Source: Octopus vulgaris (Eukaryota). From it: 64,000 bases of DNA. The DNA is taken from the NCBI GenBank assembly GCA_951406725.2, contig OX597835.1, forward strand, positions 29,884,001 to 29,948,000, written 5' to 3'. Shown here in pieces: positions 55,849 to 64,000 of the stretch. The position numbers and the translations under genes are program-made. The number at the start of each line of letters is the position of its first letter. The stretch's first letter is position 1. A model generated the notes under the pieces. That model saw only the letters and a program-made list of their open reading frames with translations. It ran no database searches and was not told the DNA's origin.

Positions 55849-56932
55849 GATTTTTGTAATTATTTGTCCTGATATTTCCTGTCTTTTTGGAAATTATGGT
55901 GATTTGCAAGTAATCGGTGAAGGTCGGTGGCGTTCAGTAGTCGCCGATAGAATTCGGTGATAGTCGTTCGTATGCTGGTCTTTCTGTGTTTGACGAAAGA
56001 TATTGTAAGCAGAATGTAAAAAAAAATGTATTTAGTAATTATTTGTCCTGATATTTCTAGTTGTTTGGAAAAAATAGCGGTTGGCACATAATCGGTGAAG
56101 GTCGGTAGTGTTCGGAAGTTGTCGGTGGTGTTCGGAAGTTGTCGGTGGTGTTCGGTGATAATCGTACGTTTGGTCGTAGTTGCTGTTATTATACAATCAT
56201 GGGCGAAGCGCTAGTATGATGCTAATTGTTAGACATAGATAATAGTGCAAATATGCCTACGTTTCATATGCATGTATGTTGCATACTTGCATGTTGAATG
56301 CATTTGGTATGTCATTGTTCCGTTTTATATCAACATTTCTTGCTGATAGAGAAAGATACGGTTTCTAACCTAGATTCAAGGTTCCTTCATAGGAACTTAA
56401 ACAGCAGCAACAGGGTTCTGTGTATGTATGTATGTATGTATGTATGTATGTATGTATGTATGTATGTATGTATGTATGTATGTATGTACGTATGTATGTA
56501 TGTATGTATGTATGTACGTATGTATGTGTGTATGTATTTATGTTTGTATGAATGCATGTGTGTATGAATGTACGTATGTATGTATGTATTTATGCTTATA
56601 TGTATGCATGTGTGTATGTATGTATGTATGTATGTATTTATGTATGTATGTATGTATGTATGTATGTATGTATGAATGCATGAATGTATGTATGTATGTA
56701 TGTATGTATGCTTTGCTTTATGTATGTATTCTCATGCATATAGTTGCATATCTTGACATGCTCATATATATATCTATAAATATATATATATATATATTTA
56801 AATGATAAACTTTAGGAAAATTTTACAGATTTTTACAGTTCCAAGGACGGATTGGATTAGTAATCTTCGAATTAGCTTTCTCCTTTCTGGTTTTGAGAAA
56901 ACTTATTTCTCAAGATTGACATTTACGCAGTG

Positions 56933-56966
<34 letters not shown>

Positions 56967-57411
56967 TGTATGTATGTATGTATGTATGTATGTATGTATG
57001 TATGTATGTATGCATGTATGTATGGTTGTATGTATGTATGCATGTATGGTTGTATGTATGTATGCATGTATGTATGCTATTATGCATCTATGAATGTAGG
57101 TATGTATGAATGTATGTATGTATGCATGTATGTATCTATGAATGTATGTATGAATGTATCTAAGAGTGTGTGTATGTATGTACGTATGAATGAGCAGAAC
57201 AATGCCTTTCATGTTGCTTCAGGCCAGTCAGCTGCATCGTGAGTAACGCTGCGGTGGACTACAATCCCGTTCCTGGGGACAATATTGTTATCTTGGTCAC
57301 GTATGTGCCATGGTAACCGGGTAAGCCCATGACATTGATACTGCTGCTGCTGATGATGATGATGATGACGACAGCAGTGATGACCCCAGTACTCAACTAG
57401 TTATTATTTTA

Positions 57412-57873
<462 letters not shown>

Positions 57874-58269
57874 TATTCAAAGGACATACTAAGTATGTCC
57901 AACTGCTGGAAATATCAGTCAAAACTCTTATTTAAATCGCCAAAATACACTGATAATAACTTCAGAGATCAACCGTCCGAAGGCAAACGGGCTAAGACAA
58001 TCTCTCAGCATACATACATATACACATACATACACACACACATACATACATAAATACATACATACACACATACATACACAAACATACATACATACATACA
58101 TACATACACTTACTCTCAGAGAGAAACGATGTATTATCGGAAGGTTCTATATTCACACACGTATGTATGTACACATACATTCACATACGAACACACACAC
58201 ACATGCATGCACACATATACTCATATAAACACTCATCTGTTTATATATATATGTATATCCATACATTTG

Positions 58270-58307
<38 letters not shown>

Positions 58308-59339
58308 GATCTATCTATCTATCTATCTACACACATGCACACACACGCACATACATATATATTTATGTTTGCCTGACCGTGCAAACGTATACTTACACAA
58401 ACACATTTATCTGTGTGCGTCTGTGCGCAAGTATATATGCTCCCATGTGATTATGGCTAAAATGTTGAAGACTACCTGATGACACAAAAGCCCCATGATA
58501 TTGTGTTATAAATCGAACAGTAAAATTATCGTAGATATGTCCTGTTTTAACATCAATTGCCATTCTATTGAGAGTTTGGCATCTCTCCAGCAATGAAGTT
58601 GTTGCCATTGACCCCGCTGGGCTAGCGATGTTAAAGCAACAAGGCACCGGATCAGCCTATATGTGGCCCCCATCATGTCAAACGGTCTTTAAAAAGCCAC
58701 CACGAGTTAACAAAACATTGGCATTTGGCAAAATTTTCTGTCAAATCCAATGGCATTTTTACGAGCCGAAATAAACAGAAAATCTATCCGAACTCAGGAA
58801 GGAGTTCCCGTTTAGAAGAAAAAGCGGGAAGGAAGATAGAAGGAAAAGGAAATAGAAAATTAGGGAAAATAACAATGAAACAAAAGAAAAACCAGCAGAA
58901 ACAAAGAAACAAAATATTAGTATGAAACGAGTGCCTTGTCATCATCGTCGTCGTTGTCGTCGAAGAGACATGAACTAGTGGCCGGGAGTGGTGATAGAGC
59001 AGAATAGACCATAATTCAACACGATTGTTGAATGTGGAATTTTTCGTGCTGGTAGCGGTGATGTGTATGTAAAAGGAGTTGGATGGGTGTATTTTTATTG
59101 CTGAAGAAACAACTCTCACTCCTTCCGTTATACATAACTCTTACTGTGGTCCTCCAGCTATGACATTTAGTCTGTTTTGCAAAGCTCACACAAACCCTCA
59201 CCTCAGATTCAACTGTGAGGTTGGTAGTGGCTCAGTGATTCCTTTGGTATTATTATCCGTTGTTATTATCCAAGAGAAAAAAAGTTCAATGGTCAACTAG
59301 AGATTTGAAGAGGCCTTAAATTGTCAGAGTTCAACTCAA

Positions 59340-59400
59340 ACGGACTTCCGAAAACATAAAATGGCGGCCGTTTCCGTTTCGTCGACACGACTTCCTGTCG
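59340..59400. promoter_or_regulatory. Candidate core promoter (YY1 plus ETS motifs)
   Basis: AAAATGGCGGC 59358-59368, ACTTCCG 59344-59350 and ACTTCCTG 59390-59397 in CpG-rich unique DNA. Confidence 0.45.
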
Positions 59401-59544
59401 TCCATTCACCACTTACAGTACTGTTTCTCAGCTTAAACGTATAGCGTTATATATCGTTAACCCTGTTTTATTTCCAGCTTCTGACATGTGTCGATATATT
59501 TCAGGCTGCGCACGCACATATACGTACATGTGTGTATGTGTGTG

Positions 59545-59624
<80 letters not shown>

Positions 59625-60139
59625 ATATAATATATATGATATATAATATATATATATAATATATGCATATACACATATATATGTCACTCCTATCTATTAA
59701 TATACATATAAACATATATATATAAATATATATATATATAAATACATATACATATATACACATACATAGATATATACATGTAAGTATGTATATACCTTCA
59801 TAGATATATTTACATATTCATATATACATTAATATGTATAAATGTGTTGTGTGTGTATACATACACACACATATATACATACATACAAACATACATATAT
59901 GTTTATACATCCACACACATATAGACACACACAGACATATGCATATATGCGTATATACATGTGTATACACATATATCTGAATATGTAAAGATATACCATT
60001 GATAAAAGTTAATAAATATATAAAGTGAAGAACGAGGAAGGCAGAAAAGGTGGGCGTTAAGGCAGAATAGAGAAAGTAAGAGACGAGGGTGGGGATAAGA
60101 GATTAAAGGGGTTAGAATTCATATAGCTCTTTATTTTTA

Positions 60140-60860
60140 TGTTACTTGTTTCAGTCATTTGACTGTGGCCATGCTGGAGCACCGCCTTGAACGAATTTAA
60201 TCGAACAAATCAGCCTCAGAACTTATTTTAAGCCTAATACTAATTCTCTCTTTTTTGACGAATTCCTAGTTTACGGGGGCGTAAACGCACCAGCACTGGT
60301 TGTTAAGTGGTGATGGGGGACAAACACAGACACAGTCACAAAACACACACGGACACAAACACACAGATACACACATATGTACACGATAGTCTTTTGTCAG
60401 TTTCCGTCTACCAAATCTACTCACAAGGCCTTGTAAGCCTGCTGCTATAGTAGAAGACATCTGCCCAAGTTACCAGGTAGTAGGACTGAACCCACAACCA
60501 TGTGGTTGGGAAGCAATCTTCTTACCACACAGCCACGGCTGAATGTACGTATACCTTTCATCTTTTGTTTGCTTCTGGCATTGGACTGTGGCCGTATAGA
60601 GACAGTACCTTGAAAGATGTTTTTTTCTGGTCCGACAGATAGAAAGCAGCTCTTACTTTTCTTTTTTTTGTTACAGTTTTCAACATATTCTGTGATTCTC
60701 TTTTGCCGAAACGTTTATTTACGGGGACGTAAACAAACAGGCTATGAAGCGGAGATGTTGGAACAAGCGCAGACACACACACACACACAACAATGACACA
60801 CCGAGCGAGCTTCTTCACATTTTACTGCCTACCAATTCCACTCGTGTCGGATCGAACGCG
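60140..60860 (-). mobile_element. Two old SINE family A copies
   Basis: Diverged reverse-complement matches. Confidence 0.75.
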
Positions 60861-61828
60861 GTACCACGTGTTTCAGAATAAGATACAAACACCCTACGAA
60901 AACAGCTGCATATTTATGCGAGGGCTGGTCTTAGGGTCTTCTGTTCATCGTTTAAGGCATTCATCGCAAGGAATTTTAGCTGCTTTTATTGGCGTTGTTA
61001 TTCTTGCAACGATGGTAATGGTGGCATTGGTGTTGTTGTTGTTGTTGTTGTTAATGGTGGTGGTAGTGGTAGATGTGTTGTGGTAGCTATGGTAGGTTTG
61101 GTGGTGTAGGTGGTGGTAGTGGTGCTTTTAGTAGAACTGCTGCTGGTTGTTGTTGTTGTGGTGGTGTGGTCGTGGTTGTAGTGGTGGTGTAGGAGCTGGT
61201 GGTGGTTGTGGTTGTGATTGTAGAAGAGTTGTGGTAGCGATGGTAGGTTTGGTGTTGAAGGTGATAGTGATGCTGCCTGTGGTTGTGGTTGCGGTGGTGG
61301 TGGCGGTTGCGGCGCTGGTTGTGGTGGTGGTGGTGGTGGTGGATATGTTGTGGTAGCGATGGTAAATTTGGTGGTGTTGATGGTTGTGGTAGTGATGTTG
61401 GTTGTGGTGATGCTGGTGTTGTTGTTGATTGTGGTGGTAGAGGTGGTGGTGTTGGTGAAGGTCGTAGTGGTGCTGGTGCTGGTAGTGCTGGTAGTATTGT
61501 GGTTGTTGTTGTTGTTGTTATTACTGGAGGTGGTGGTGGTGGTGGTGTTGTTCTTGTTGTTGTTGGTGGTGGTGGTGTTGGTGGTGTTACAAGTTGTTGT
61601 TATTTTCAAGGTAGTGTTACTTCGATGTTGGGATTGTCTGTAACGGTAATATTTGTGTTATTGTTGTAGTTGGTATTGTTGTTGTTGTTGGTGAGGGTGT
61701 TGGTGGTGGTGCAGATTGTTTTGAAATTAGAATGACAGAGTAATTATGTTTTTACCGAGTACTAACTTGAAATAGAGTATCTCTTGGTAAGTGATATACA
61801 CGCTATACATACGTATATCCATACATAC

Positions 61829-61895
<67 letters not shown>

Positions 61896-62135
61896 TACAG
61901 ATATATATATACATATATATGTATATGCACATTCATATATATATATACATATATATATGTATATGCACATTCATATGTATGTATGTATATATATATATAT
62001 ATATATATATACATACATACATATATATATATGTATATATATATGCACATATACACATATATATATGTATATATATTATGTATATATATATATATATATG
62101 TGTATGTGTGTGTATATGTATGTATATATATATGT

Positions 62136-62188
<53 letters not shown>

Positions 62189-62687
62189 TATGTATACACA
62201 TACACATATATATATATGTATATTTGCAAGTATATACACGCTCACACATATACCCCCATATACGTGCGCACGCATATACTTTCACTTATGGTGAGAAAGA
62301 GAGGACTGAGAAAGTGCGAGAAAGAAAAAAAGCTGTTATTGCGAGATAATTAACAGCGAAGTGTTTACAATTCCTGGAATATATACTCACTATATAGCCG
62401 AGTTTTCACTAAATCTCATTGGATTTGCTTTAATGATCTCCTCATTGCTGTTGTTGATGTTATTGTTATTAAAGGAGAAGGATATTGGCAGAACTGCGAG
62501 GGATCCGAGAAATGCCTTCCCAAATTTTTTTGTCGTTTTAGGTTCTGAGTTCAAATCCAGCCGATGTTAACTTTGTCTTTCATTCTTGTTTGAAGAAAAA
62601 AATAATCCTAGTCAAATAAGAACAATGGTCAATGTTGTCGATTAAGCAACACCTCAAAATTACTGACCTTGCACAAAAATCAGAAAG

Positions 62688-62750
<63 letters not shown>

Positions 62751-62886
62751 TATTATTATTATTGTTGTTGTTGTTGTCGCTGCTGCTGCTGCTGTTGTTG
62801 TTGTTGTTGCTGTTGTTATTATTTTTATTATTGTCGGCAATTAAAGAAAAAAAAAAGATCAATATCATCTAGCAATAATAATAACA

Positions 62887-63054
62887 ATGTTAGATATAGC
62901 AAGACCATTTCGGTCTATACCAAAATTATGAGGACTCTGTCTTGCAGAGAAACTTCGCATTATATATCATCAAACACCAATCCTAAATAGAAAAGGAGAA
63001 CAAATTTCTGCTTACGGGCACATGGTGAAATTCTTTCTGAGTAATTTCAAAAAA
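62887..63054 (+). pseudogene. C-terminal remnant of a Penelope-like element ORF (GIY-YIG region tail)
   Basis: MLDIARPFRSIPKL*GLCLAEKLRIIYHQTPILNRKGEQISAYGHMVKFFLSNFK fits the recalled PLE C-terminal pattern C.LCL.EK..I....LN.R.E..S.CRH..KF.L.N. Confidence 0.6.
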
Positions 63055-63273
63055 ACTTCTTCCCTCTTCCTCCCTCAATAAAACCGATTTAATGAAACCG
63101 CAGTCTGGAAAAATGAATGACCGAGATACTTTAAGTACGAATCCACGCACACATATACAAACATAACAAGCATACACACACGTGGGTCACACACACAAAC
63201 ACACATACACTCAGTCACTCACAGGCACACATTCAATGCGAGACAATGCATAATTGGTTATTTTTAAAGTTTG

Positions 63274-63323
<50 letters not shown>

Positions 63324-63394
63324 GAACCACACATACATATAGATGTACACTCATACACACATATATAAACATTTTTCCATACATCTATATATTC

Positions 63395-63607
63395 TTTTCT
63401 ACTCAAGGCACAATGCCCGAAACTTTTGAGGAGGAGAGGGGGGCAGTCGATTAGATCGACCCGATTGCGCAACTGGTACTTAATTTATCGACCCCGATAG
63501 AATGAATGGCAAAGTCGACTTCGGCGGAATTTGAACTCAGAACGTGGCGACGGACGAAATACCGCTAAGCATTTCGCCCGGCGTGCTAACGTTTCTGCCA
63601 GCTCGCC
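63395..63607 (-). mobile_element. SINE family B
   Basis: Reverse-complement match to family B. Confidence 0.85.
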
Positions 63608-63681
63608 TCCTTTATACATCTTTATATTGACGCATGTATATGTGTGTGTATGTGTGTGTTCTACATTATTGTCAATCATGT

Positions 63682-63788
<107 letters not shown>

Positions 63789-63903
63789 AATGATAATGAT
63801 AATGATGATAATAACAATGGTGTATTTACATATATTATTTAAACAGACAGACATTATATTATATTATTATTATACGCGTGAATATCTATATCTGTGTGTT
63901 TGT

Positions 63904-63953
<50 letters not shown>

Positions 63954-64000
63954 GAAATGACTGAAATAGAAAAAGATAAAGAGTTAGATAAATAGATAGA

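Noticed and set aside
58393-58770. Minus-strand exon, and a CTGATGA hammerhead start at 58476
   Set aside because: The acceptor reads CGG rather than AG, there is no homology, and no GAAA follows the stem.

Overview
AT-rich, microsatellite-saturated eukaryotic DNA. The repeat families point to an octopus/cephalopod genome (inference from recalled repeat consensuses, not a search). No intact host protein-coding gene is recognisable, and nearly all listed ORFs are microsatellite artefacts. The window holds many tRNA-derived SINEs of 3-4 families, LINE fragments (L1/Tx1 ORF1, R4/Dong, CR1, Penelope-like), Helitron-type elements and MITEs. The standout is 38503-40757: a young, near-identical 359-bp tandem array (about 5.2 units) followed by an inverted 1.1-unit copy, inserted in (TA)n. 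Each unit encodes a type I hammerhead ribozyme with a variant core (CCGAUGA...GAAA...GUC) and a palindromic stem III, i.e. a retrozyme/Penelope-pLTR-like element predicted to give about 359-nt self-cleaved, possibly circular RNAs. Several older fold-back elements elsewhere carry decayed hammerhead cores. A candidate YY1/ETS promoter lies near 59.35 kb.
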